Positions 53,596 through 62,396 of a stretch of DNA of 64,000 nt are shown here, piece after piece (position 1 is the stretch's first letter; the number at the start of each line of letters is the position of its first letter). The notes below the pieces were generated by a model. That model was not told the DNA's origin. It saw nothing but the letters and a program-made list of their open reading frames with translations, and searched no databases. Made by a program: the position numbers and the translations under genes. Location: positions 20,143 through 84,142 of the forward strand of contig JBFMBH010000003.1 of assembly GCA_040755095.1 (NCBI GenBank), in the 5' to 3' direction. Origin of the DNA: Thermodesulfobacteriota bacterium (GTDB lineage: Bacteria > Desulfobacterota > Desulfobulbia > Desulfobulbales > JBFMBH01).

Positions 53596-55514
53596 TCCTG
53601 CCCTGGTGGCCGGTGATCTGGACCGACATCCTGGGCTGCCTGGCTGTGCTCGGCCTGGCCGGGGCGTGCTGGCGGGCGGCCTGGATCTGGTACGGGCGGC
53701 GGCCGGCCGACGTTTTCCGGCACTACCTCTTCCTGCTCACCGTGACCATTGTCGTCTTCGCCTGCTCCCGGTCGGTGGGCCACCTGCTCAAGCAGCTCCT
53801 GTTCTACACCGGCCACCGGGACTGGTGGGCGCTCATCGAGCCCCACAGCGGAGCGGTGAATACCGCCAGCTTTGTCGTGGTCTTCGTCCTCTCCATCGGC
53901 TTTCAGCGGCTGAAGCGCATCCAGGCGGCGGCCGAGGAGGCGGCCTTCACGGTGGCCAGCGCCCGGGCCGAGGTGGCGGCGGTCCGGGAGCGGGAAACCG
54001 CCCTGGCAGCCATCTTCGATGCCATGGCGGATGTGGTCTACATCATCGACGCCCAGTACCGGATCCGCTTCTTCAACCGGCGCCTGCGGGAGTGGCTGCC
54101 GAACCTGGCCGAGGGCGACCTGTGCCATGACGCCCTCATGGGTGGCGAGGAGCCCTGCCCGGGCTGCAAGCTGCACGGCACCATCGACCGGGCCGCCAAA
54201 CAGCAGTATGAGCGGTTCCTGCCCGGTCTTGGCCGCCTGTTCAGCATTGTCAGCATTCCGCTCACCTGGGGCAGCGGTGAGACGGTCTGTCTCAATGTGG
54301 CCCGGGACATCACCGAGGAGCGGAAGCTGGCCGAGCAGCTGCTCCACGCCCAGCGCATGGAGTCCATCGGCACCCTGGCCGGGGGGCTGGCCCACGACCT
54401 CAACAACACCCTGACTCCCATCCTGGGCAATGCCGAGCTGGCCCTGCGCCGTCTCGACTCCGACTCCCCCCTGGTGCCTCGCCTGCAGGAGATCAAGGAC
54501 GGCGCCCGGCGGGCCGCGGATCTGGTACGCCGCATCCTGGCCTTCAGCCGCCGCCAGGATCTCCATCCCCGGACCCTGGACGCGAACCTGCTCATCCGGA
54601 ATCTGGCCGGCATGCTGCGCCGCCTGGTGGAAGAGAATATCGAGCTGGAGATGGATCTGGCTGCCACGCCGGCGGTGGTGATCGCCGATCCTGGCCAACT
54701 GGAGCAGATCCTGGTCAACCTGGTGGTCAACGCCCGGGACGCCACAGGGGGGGGCGGCACCATCCAGATTGGCACCCGTCAGGCTGCGGGGGTGGGCCAC
54801 CCCTGTCGCAGCTGCGGGCAGCCGATCACCGGCGAGCAGGTGGCCATCTCGGTGGCCGATTCCGGCTCCGGGATCCCGGCCGCTATCCAGGACCGGATCT
54901 TCGAGCCCTATTTCACCACCAAGGGCCTCAACCAGGGCACCGGCCTGGGGCTGGCCATGGTGCACGGCAGCGTCCACCAGCACGGCGGGCACCTGGGGCT
55001 GGCGAGCGAGCAGGGCATGGGTACGGTGGTCACGGTCTGGCTGCCCGCAGCCGGGCAGCCGGCCGCACCGGGGCCCTTCATCCGGCCGGTCGAGCCGGAC
55101 AGCCTGGCCGGGGGCTCAGAGGTCATCCTGGTGGTGGAGGATCATGCGCCGCTCCGGGAGTTGGTCCGGGAGGTGCTGCAGGGGTATGGCTACCGGGTGC
55201 TGGCTGCGGAAGACGGCGAGACCGCCCTGCGCCTGTACCAGGAGCAGGGCGGGGCGGTGGATCTGGTGCTCAGTGACCTGGTGATGCCCGGCATGGACGG
55301 CCGGGAGCTGGTGGCGCGGCTGCGGCAGCAGGAGCCGGGCCTGCGCTGTCTGTTCATGTCCGGCTACACGGATAGCCGCCTCCACGGCGACGAGGCCGAG
55401 GATGCGGATGACCTCCTCCCCAAGCCCTTCCTGCCCGGCCAGCTGGCAGCCCGGGTGCGCCAGGCCCTCAATGGCCAGGCCCCGGGGGAAAGCCGCGGCC
55501 AGGCCAGCCACTAG
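53592..55514 (+). CDS. membrane-bound hybrid sensor kinase (TM-PAS-HisKA-HATPase-REC)
   Basis: About 4 TM segments. PAS with LCHDALMGGEEPCPGCKLHG. H-box MESIGTLAGGLAHDLNN, G-box GTGLGLAMV and a C-terminal receiver (ILVVEDHAPL...DLVLSDLVMPGMDG). Confidence 0.85.
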   Translation: MILPWWPVIWTDILGCLAVLGLAGACWRAAWIWYGRRPADVFRHYLFLLTVTIVVFACSRSVGHLLKQLLFYTGHRDWWALIEPHSGAVNTASFVVVFVLSIGFQRLKRIQAAAEEAAFTVASARAEVAAVRERETALAAIFDAMADVVYIIDAQYRIRFFNRRLREWLPNLAEGDLCHDALMGGEEPCPGCKLHGTIDRAAKQQYERFLPGLGRLFSIVSIPLTWGSGETVCLNVARDITEERKLAEQLLHAQRMESIGTLAGGLAHDLNNTLTPILGNAELALRRLDSDSPLVPRLQEIKDGARRAADLVRRILAFSRRQDLHPRTLDANLLIRNLAGMLRRLVEENIELEMDLAATPAVVIADPGQLEQILVNLVVNARDATGGGGTIQIGTRQAAGVGHPCRSCGQPITGEQVAISVADSGSGIPAAIQDRIFEPYFTTKGLNQGTGLGLAMVHGSVHQHGGHLGLASEQGMGTVVTVWLPAAGQPAAPGPFIRPVEPDSLAGGSEVILVVEDHAPLRELVREVLQGYGYRVLAAEDGETALRLYQEQGGAVDLVLSDLVMPGMDGRELVARLRQQEPGLRCLFMSGYTDSRLHGDEAEDADDLLPKPFLPGQLAARVRQALNGQAPGESRGQASH

Positions 55515-55619
55515 CCGCGGCCGCCCCGGGTTGCATTTCCCTGGCCGAGCTGGTAGGCTACCCCACTTTCGTTACCCGGAAAGACGAACCGTCGAAGGCC
55601 CAACAAGGAATCCTGAAGC

Positions 55620-56693
55620 TTGAAGGGACACACCACGAAATCCCTGGCCGAGATCGCTGCCCTGGTGGGGGGCGAGCTGGCGGGCCCTGGCGACCTGCAT
55701 GTGCGGGCGGTGCAGGACCTGGCGTCTGCCCGGGAGGGGGAGATCACCTTTGTGACCAGCCGCCGGCTGCTGCCGCTTCTGGCGACCAGCCGGGCGTCGG
55801 CGGTGATCGTTGCCGCCGACCTGCCGGACGTGGACCGGCCGGCGATCCGGGTCCACGACCCCTATCTGGCGGTGGCCATCCTGCAGAGCCTGTTCGTGCT
55901 GCGGCCCTTCCGCAGCCTGGGGGTGAGCCCGCAAGCCCAGGTGGGGGCGGAGTGTGTCATCCCGGCCGCGGTCACCATCCACCCCTTCGCGGTCCTGGGG
56001 GACCGGGTGGAGCTGGGGGAGCGGGTGACCATCCATCCCGGGGCCGTGCTGGGCGACGACGTCCGGATTGGCGACGACTCGGTCCTCCATGCCGGCGTCT
56101 TTGTGGGCGAGCGCTCGGTGATCGGCAGCCGGGTGGTGATCCATCCCGGAGCGGTGATCGGTGCCGACGGCTTCGGCTATGCCCGGGCGGACGACAAGGC
56201 GGTGAAGATCCCCCAGGTGGGGATGGTGCAGATTGACGATGACGTGGAGGTCGGGGCCGGCGTTTGCATCGACCGGGCCACCTTCGGCCGTACCTGGATC
56301 CGGCAAGGCGCCAAGGTGGACAATCTGGTGCAGATCGGCCACAACGTGACCGTGGGCGAGGACGCCGTCCTGGTGGCCCAGGCTGGCATCGCCGGCTCCG
56401 CCACCCTGGGCCGCGGCGTGATCCTGGCTGGCCAGGCCGGGGTGAGCGGCCACGTCACCCTGGGGGACGGCGTGACCGTTGGACCCAAGGCCGGGGTCCA
56501 CGACCACCAGCCGGACGGTGCCACGGTCTCGGGGGTGCCAGCCATTCCCCACCGGGAATGGCTGCGGGCCGCCGCCGCCTACCGCCGGCTGCCGGAGCTG
56601 GTCAAAGAGGTCCGGGAGCTGCGCCGGCGGGTGGCCGAGCTGGAGGAGCGGCTGGCCGATCGCGGCAGCAGCCACGACATAAGGGGTATCTGA
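55620..56693 (+). CDS. lpxD: UDP-3-O-acylglucosamine N-acyltransferase
   Basis: LAEIAALVGGEL N-terminal domain, a left-handed beta-helix hexapeptide run and GADGFGYA. TTG start. Confidence 0.9.
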   Translation: MKGHTTKSLAEIAALVGGELAGPGDLHVRAVQDLASAREGEITFVTSRRLLPLLATSRASAVIVAADLPDVDRPAIRVHDPYLAVAILQSLFVLRPFRSLGVSPQAQVGAECVIPAAVTIHPFAVLGDRVELGERVTIHPGAVLGDDVRIGDDSVLHAGVFVGERSVIGSRVVIHPGAVIGADGFGYARADDKAVKIPQVGMVQIDDDVEVGAGVCIDRATFGRTWIRQGAKVDNLVQIGHNVTVGEDAVLVAQAGIAGSATLGRGVILAGQAGVSGHVTLGDGVTVGPKAGVHDHQPDGATVSGVPAIPHREWLRAAAAYRRLPELVKEVRELRRRVAELEERLADRGSSHDIRGI

Positions 56694-57139
56694 TGGAGCT
56701 TGCAGGCACCACCGTGGATCATATCGGCATTCTGAACCTGCTGCCGCACCGCTACCCGCTGCTCCTGGTGGACCGCATCCTGGAGTGGGAGAAGGACCAG
56801 CGCATCCGGGCCCTCAAGAACGTCACCATCAACGAGCCGTTCTTTCAAGGCCATTTCCCGGGCACGCCCATCATGCCCGGGGTCCTGATCCTGGAGGGCA
56901 TGGCCCAGGCCGGGGTGGTCCTGGCCTATCTGTCCACCGGCGACGAGTTCGTTGGCCGACTGCCCTATTTCGCCGGCATGGACGCGGTGCGCTTCCGCCA
57001 GCCGGTGGTGCCCGGCGACCAGTTGGTCTTTTCTCTTGCGGTCCAGCGCCGCAAGGCCAAGCTGTGGAAGCTGGCGGGTCAGGCCTTTGTCCAGGACAAG
57101 CTGGTGACCGAGGCCGAGCTCATGGCCGTCTTCTCCTGA
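56693..57139 (+). CDS. fabZ: 3-hydroxyacyl-ACP dehydratase
   Basis: LPHRYPLLLVDRI and EPFFQGHFPGTPIMPGVLILEGMAQ. Confidence 0.95.
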   Translation: MELAGTTVDHIGILNLLPHRYPLLLVDRILEWEKDQRIRALKNVTINEPFFQGHFPGTPIMPGVLILEGMAQAGVVLAYLSTGDEFVGRLPYFAGMDAVRFRQPVVPGDQLVFSLAVQRRKAKLWKLAGQAFVQDKLVTEAELMAVFS

Positions 57140-57259
57140 CGGCCCTTCTCTTCGTACTGTCCTTTCGCATCCCGCGCTGCCGGAGCCGCCAGGCTTATGC
57201 CGGCGCGCCGGCATCGTCAACCTGGCGGTCCCCTTGACCCCACAGCCCGAAAGGCCGTC

Positions 57260-58060
57260 ATGCCCATCCATCCCACAGCCATTGTTGATCCCGGCGCCGA
57301 GCTGGACCCCAGCGTCACCGTGGGGCCCTTGGCGGTCATCGAGGCCGGCGTCGTGGTGGGGCCGGAGACCACCATCGGCGCCCACAGCGTGCTCTCCGGC
57401 CCCACCGTCATCGGTGCCCGCAACCTCATCGGTCCTTTTTGCACCGTGGGCGCTGCCCCCCAGGACCTCAAGTACGGCGGCGAGCCCACCCGGCTGACCA
57501 TCGGCAACGACAACCAGATCCGGGAGTACGCCAGCATTCATCGGGGAACGGTGGATGGCCTGGGCGAGACCAGGATCGGTGACCACAACTTCCTCATGGC
57601 CTACAGCCACGTGGCCCACGACTGCGAGCTGGGCAGCCATGTGGTGATGGCCAATGCCGCCACCCTGGGCGGGCATGTGCAGGTGGCCGACCGGGCGATC
57701 CTGGGCGGCCTGGTGGCGGTGCACCAGTTCTGCCGGGTGGGGCGCTTCGCCTTTGTGGGCGGCCTGTCCGGGGTGAGCTTGGACGTGCCGCCCTTTGTCC
57801 GGGTCAGCGGCATCCGGGGCGGCATGCGGGTGAGCAGCATCAACGTCGTCGGCCTCCGGCGGGCCGGCTTCCCGGAGGAGACGGTCACCTCTTTGCGCCA
57901 GGCGCATCGGATCATCTTCCGCCGGCCGGAGCTTCTTCTGGAGGCAGCCCTGGAGGAGGCCCTGGCAACGGCCCCTGGCTGCGCCGAGGTGGCGGAGCTG
58001 GTGGCCTTCTTCCGTTCCTCCCGCCGGGGGGTGATCCGCAGGAACGGCGGTGACGACTAG
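57260..58060 (+). CDS. lpxA: UDP-N-acetylglucosamine O-acyltransferase
   Basis: IHPTAIVDPGAEL, hexapeptide repeats, and a C-terminal helical domain (GLRRAGF...LRQAHRIIF). Confidence 0.93.
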   Translation: MPIHPTAIVDPGAELDPSVTVGPLAVIEAGVVVGPETTIGAHSVLSGPTVIGARNLIGPFCTVGAAPQDLKYGGEPTRLTIGNDNQIREYASIHRGTVDGLGETRIGDHNFLMAYSHVAHDCELGSHVVMANAATLGGHVQVADRAILGGLVAVHQFCRVGRFAFVGGLSGVSLDVPPFVRVSGIRGGMRVSSINVVGLRRAGFPEETVTSLRQAHRIIFRRPELLLEAALEEALATAPGCAEVAELVAFFRSSRRGVIRRNGGDD

Positions 58061-58892
58061 GATCGGCATCATCGCCGGCCGGGGCCGTTTTCCGCACCTC
58101 TTTGCCGAGGCGGCCCGCCGCCAGGGCTGCCAGGTGGTGGTGGTCGCCCATCAGGGCGAATCGGCCCCGGATCTGGCCGACTATGCCGACCGCATCCACT
58201 GGGTGCGCCTGGGCCAGTTGGGGCGGATCATCGAGGTGCTGCGCCAGGAGGAGGTCGAAGAGGCGGTGCTCCTGGGCGCCATCACCAAGACCAGCATCTG
58301 GCGGGACATCCGGCCGGACCTGCGGGGGCTGGCGCTGTGGGGCCGGATCGACCGCCGCCAGGACGACGCCATCCTGCGGGCGGTGGCAGCGGAGCTGGAA
58401 AAGGAGGGGATCCGGATCGTCGAATCCACCCGCTATCTTGGCCATCTGCTCTTCCCGGCCGGCCAGCTGACCAGAAGGGGCCTTGCCGCCGCCGAGCTGG
58501 CGGATGTGCGCTTCGGCTGGCAGATGGCCAAGGCGATCGGGGCGCTCGATATCGGCCAGACCGTGGTGGTGCGGGATCGCACCGTGCTGGCCGTGGAGGC
58601 CATCGAGGGCACCGATGCCGCCATCCGCCGGGGCGGCAGCCTGGGCCGCCAGGAGGTGGTGGTGGTCAAGGTCAAGAAGCCGCAGCAGGATTTCCGCTTC
58701 GATCTGCCAGCCATCGGCGTGCAAACCATGACCACCATGCAGGAGAGCGGCGCCCGGGTGCTGGCGGTGGAGGCCGGCCAGTCCCTGTTCTTCGAGCGGG
58801 AAGAGGCCCTGGCCCTGGCCGATCAGGCGGGCCTTACGGTGGTGGGGCTCACCGCCGGTGCCGGCGGCCTCCCTTTGCTGCCGGCAGCGTGA
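58050..58892 (+). CDS. lpxI: UDP-2,3-diacylglucosamine hydrolase LpxI (DUF1009)
   Basis: IGIIAGRGRFP, DIGQTVVVRDRTVLAVEAIEGTDAAIRR and FDLPAIGVQT match my recollection of Caulobacter LpxI. GTG start overlaps the lpxA end. Confidence 0.85.
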   Translation: MTTRIGIIAGRGRFPHLFAEAARRQGCQVVVVAHQGESAPDLADYADRIHWVRLGQLGRIIEVLRQEEVEEAVLLGAITKTSIWRDIRPDLRGLALWGRIDRRQDDAILRAVAAELEKEGIRIVESTRYLGHLLFPAGQLTRRGLAAAELADVRFGWQMAKAIGALDIGQTVVVRDRTVLAVEAIEGTDAAIRRGGSLGRQEVVVVKVKKPQQDFRFDLPAIGVQTMTTMQESGARVLAVEAGQSLFFEREEALALADQAGLTVVGLTAGAGGLPLLPAA

Positions 58893-58935
58893 CCGGCCCG
58901 TCGGCCCGCCTCCACCGCCGGGAGCCAAGACCGTC

Positions 58936-59823
58936 ATGAAGGCCATGATCCTGGCCGCCGGCTTCGGTACCCGTCTGGCCCCCCACAGCCTCGTTCTGCC
59001 CAAGCCCCTGTTTCCAATCCTCAATCGGCCGCTTCTCGCCATCACCATCGAGCAGCTCAGGCAGGCCGGGGTGGATGAGATCATCGTCAACGCCCACCAC
59101 TTGGCCGGCCAGATCCAGGCAGCGCTGTCCGGCCTTGCCGGCGTTACCGTGTTGCAGGAAGACGCTATTCTCGGCACCGGCGGTGGCCTCAGGAACGCCC
59201 TGCCCATCCTGGGCCGGCAGCCGGTGCTGGTGGTGAACGCCGACATCGCCCACACGTTGGACCTGTCCAGCCTGGCGGCTCGCCACCTCGCCTCCGGGGC
59301 GGCGGTCTCCATGGTGCTCCAGGACCAGGACCGCTTCCGGGTGGTGGCGGTGGACGAGGCAGACCGGGTGCTGGCTTTCGGCCCGGCGGCCGAGGGCGCC
59401 CGCCGCCTGGCCTACACCGGTGTCCAATTCCTCTGGCCCGAGATCCTGGACGCCATGCCGGCGGGCGTCCATGCCGAGCTCATCCCCTGGTATCAGGCCG
59501 CCATCGCCCGGGGCGTGCCCATCCAGGGTTTGGTGGCCGCCGGCCATTTCTGGACCGATATCGGCACCCCCGTCGACTACCTGGACCTCCACGCCCGGTT
59601 GCTCACCGGCCGCCTGAGCGCGCCGCATCTGCCCCGGCCGGGCGGCAGCCCCCATCTCGGCCCAGGCTGCCAGCTGGCGTCCGGCGTCACCGTGGCCGAC
59701 TGGGCCTGCCTGGGCGCCGGGGTCACCGTGGGGGCCGGGGCGAGCCTGGCCCGGGTGGTGGTCTGGGCTGGCGTTGCCATTGCGGCGGGGGCGCAGCTGG
59801 CGGATGCCATCGTTTCGGGTTGA
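58936..59823 (+). CDS. murU: sugar-1-phosphate nucleotidyltransferase, MurU-like
   Basis: MKAMILAAGFGTRLAPHSLVLPKPLFPI has the G-x-G-T-R-L NTP-transferase motif. Adjacent to an AmgK-like kinase gene. Confidence 0.65.
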   Translation: MKAMILAAGFGTRLAPHSLVLPKPLFPILNRPLLAITIEQLRQAGVDEIIVNAHHLAGQIQAALSGLAGVTVLQEDAILGTGGGLRNALPILGRQPVLVVNADIAHTLDLSSLAARHLASGAAVSMVLQDQDRFRVVAVDEADRVLAFGPAAEGARRLAYTGVQFLWPEILDAMPAGVHAELIPWYQAAIARGVPIQGLVAAGHFWTDIGTPVDYLDLHARLLTGRLSAPHLPRPGGSPHLGPGCQLASGVTVADWACLGAGVTVGAGASLARVVVWAGVAIAAGAQLADAIVSG

Positions 59824-60000
59824 AGGCTTCCTGAAGACCGGCGGCGCCCATCGACCGAAACGACCGGTGGCCGGGGAGGGGAGCGTCCCCGCCCGAAGCG
59901 GGCGTCGCAACGTACCGGCACCGGGCGCCTGTGTCTGGCCCCGCCGGGGGATGAATCCCCCGGCTACCATTGCTGCTCTCGCTTCGCGAGGCGTGAAGCC

Positions 60001-61056
60001 ATGCTGTCGCCTGCCATCATTCGCTTTCTGAAGGACCAGGGGCTCTGGGGGCCGGAGGCATGCACGTGCCAGGGACTGCGGGGGGATGGCTCCGGCCGGC
60101 CGTTCTTCCGGCTGCTGGCCCACGGTCGGCCGCCGGTGGTGCTGGTGCTGCCGGATCCGGACCAGCCCCGGGGGCTGGCCGAGGCGGCGGCGAGCCTCGC
60201 CATCGGCCGCCACCTGGCTGCCGCCGGGGTGCCAGTGCCGCGGATTCTGGCCGCGGAGCCCCCTGCGGGCTGGATCGTCTTTCAGGATCTGGGGGACCGG
60301 CACCTGGCCACCGCAGTGGCGCAGGCCTCCTCCCGGGATCAGGTGCTGGGCTGGTACCGCTCGGCCGTCGAGATCCTCCTGGCCCTCCAGATCGATGGCT
60401 GGGCGGGCTTTGATCCGGCCTGGTCCTGGGACACCCCTTTGTTCGACCGGGACCTCATGCGGCGCCGCGAGGCAGACTACTTTCTGGAGCGGTTTTGGCA
60501 AGGCTATCTCGGCCAACCAACGGTGCCGGACGGGGTGGCCGGGGAGCTGGATCGGTTGGCCGATCGGGCCAGCGAGGCGTCCACGGATTTTCTCGTGCAC
60601 CGGGACTTCCAGTCCCGCAATCTGATGCTGACCCCGGAGGGCGCGCTCGCGGTCATCGACTTCCAAGGCGCCCGCCAAGGGCCCCGGGCCTATGACCTGG
60701 CGAGCCTGCTCCTTGACCCCTATGTGGAGCTGCCGGTGGCCGAGCAGGAGGAGCTCCTGGACTTCTATGGCCTGAGGGCGGCCGCCCGGGGCCGGCCGGT
60801 ACCGCCAGACTTCCGGGTCGAGCTCAGCCATCTCGCCCTGCAGCGGAACCTGCAGATCCTGGGCGCCTTCGGCTTTCTGGTCAAGGTGCGGGGCAAGGGC
60901 TTTTTCAAGGCGTCTATTCCGGGGGCGGTCCGCTCCCTCAATCGCCTCCTGACCTGGCCGGAGCTGTCGGCATTCCCCCGGCTGCGCGGTCTGGCCGAAG
61001 AGATCCCGGCCCTCCTGGCCAGCGCCGGCACCCATCCAGAGGGAGAGTTGCCATGA
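60001..61056 (+). CDS. amgK: aminoglycoside-phosphotransferase-fold kinase, AmgK-like (anomeric MurNAc/GlcNAc kinase)
   Basis: HRDFQSRNLM catalytic loop and IDFQGARQGPRAYDLASLL. Confidence 0.6.
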   Translation: MLSPAIIRFLKDQGLWGPEACTCQGLRGDGSGRPFFRLLAHGRPPVVLVLPDPDQPRGLAEAAASLAIGRHLAAAGVPVPRILAAEPPAGWIVFQDLGDRHLATAVAQASSRDQVLGWYRSAVEILLALQIDGWAGFDPAWSWDTPLFDRDLMRRREADYFLERFWQGYLGQPTVPDGVAGELDRLADRASEASTDFLVHRDFQSRNLMLTPEGALAVIDFQGARQGPRAYDLASLLLDPYVELPVAEQEELLDFYGLRAAARGRPVPPDFRVELSHLALQRNLQILGAFGFLVKVRGKGFFKASIPGAVRSLNRLLTWPELSAFPRLRGLAEEIPALLASAGTHPEGELP

Positions 61057-62396
61057 GCCACAGCGTCTGCCCCATTGTCGCCCTGGTGGGCCGGCCCAAT
61101 GTCGGCAAGTCCACGTTGTTCAACCGCCTCACCCGCTCCAACCGGGCCATCGTCGATCCGACCCCCGGGGTGACCCGGGACCGGGCCTACGAGGTGGTGC
61201 GCTGGGAGGATCGGGACGTCATCCTGGTGGACACCGGCGGCATCGAGCCGGCGGCTGGTGACGATTTTTCCGCCCAGGTCACCGGCCAGACCAGGCAGGC
61301 GGTGGCGGAGGCCGACCTGGTCGTCCTCATTCTGGATGGCCGGGAGGGCGCCTTGCCCCAGGACCACCGCATCGCCGGCGAGCTGCGCCGTACCGGCAAG
61401 CCCCTCCTGGTGGCGGTGAACAAGATCGACGGCCCGGAGATGGAAGAGGCCGGGCTTGGCGCCTGCTATGAGCTGGGGATCGGCGAGCTGGTGCCCATCT
61501 CCGCCGAGCACGGCTACGGGATCCGGAGCCTGCTGGAGACCTTGCGCTCCCGGCTGCCCGCGGCCGGCACCGAGCCGCCCCTGCCGGCGGCGACCATCCG
61601 CGTCGCCTGCGTCGGCCGGCCCAATGTGGGCAAGTCCTCCCTGGTCAACCGCCTGCTGGGCGAGGAGCGGATGATCGTCTCCCAGGTGCCGGGCACCACC
61701 CGGGACTCGGTGGATACCCTCCTGGTCCGGGACGAGCAGGCCTATCTTCTGGTGGACACCGCCGGCATCCGCCGCCGGGGCAAGGTGCAGGAGAAGCTGG
61801 AGAAGTTCAGCGTCCTCAAGAGCCTGCAATCCCTGGCCCGGGCGGACATCGCCCTGGTGCTCCTGGATGCCGGCGAGGGCATCACCGACCAGGACACCCG
61901 GGTGATCGGCCATGCCCTGGAGCGGGGCCGGGCCTTGATCATCCTCATCAACAAATGGGATCTGCTGCGCAACGACCCTGCCGGCCAGCGGCGGCTGCGG
62001 GACGAGCTGGACCGCCAGACCGCCTTCGTGGACTACGTGCCCCGGCTCTTCATCTCCGCCCTCACCGGCAAGGGGGTGGGCGAGATCCTGCCGGCGGTGC
62101 AGAAGGTCTTCCGCCAGTTCAACGCCCATTTCGGCACCGGTCCCTTGAACCGCCTGCTCAAAGAGGCGGTGGCGGCCCACAGCCCGCCCCTCCACCAGGG
62201 CCGCCGGCTGCGCCTCTACTACACCACCCAGACCGACACCCGGCCGCCCACCTTCACCGTCTTCGCCAACCAGCCGGACGGCATCCACTTCTCCTACCAT
62301 CGCTTCCTGGTCAACCGCTTCCGGGAGGGCCTGGGTCTTTCCGACTGCCCGGTGCGGGTCCTCTTGCGGGAGCGGCCCCGGCGCCAGCGGCCGTAA
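61053..62396 (+). CDS. der: ribosome-associated GTPase Der/EngA
   Basis: Two G domains (GRPNVGKSTLFN and GRPNVGKSSLVN) and a KH-like C-terminus. ATGA overlap with the upstream gene. Confidence 0.95.
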   Translation: MSHSVCPIVALVGRPNVGKSTLFNRLTRSNRAIVDPTPGVTRDRAYEVVRWEDRDVILVDTGGIEPAAGDDFSAQVTGQTRQAVAEADLVVLILDGREGALPQDHRIAGELRRTGKPLLVAVNKIDGPEMEEAGLGACYELGIGELVPISAEHGYGIRSLLETLRSRLPAAGTEPPLPAATIRVACVGRPNVGKSSLVNRLLGEERMIVSQVPGTTRDSVDTLLVRDEQAYLLVDTAGIRRRGKVQEKLEKFSVLKSLQSLARADIALVLLDAGEGITDQDTRVIGHALERGRALIILINKWDLLRNDPAGQRRLRDELDRQTAFVDYVPRLFISALTGKGVGEILPAVQKVFRQFNAHFGTGPLNRLLKEAVAAHSPPLHQGRRLRLYYTTQTDTRPPTFTVFANQPDGIHFSYHRFLVNRFREGLGLSDCPVRVLLRERPRRQRP

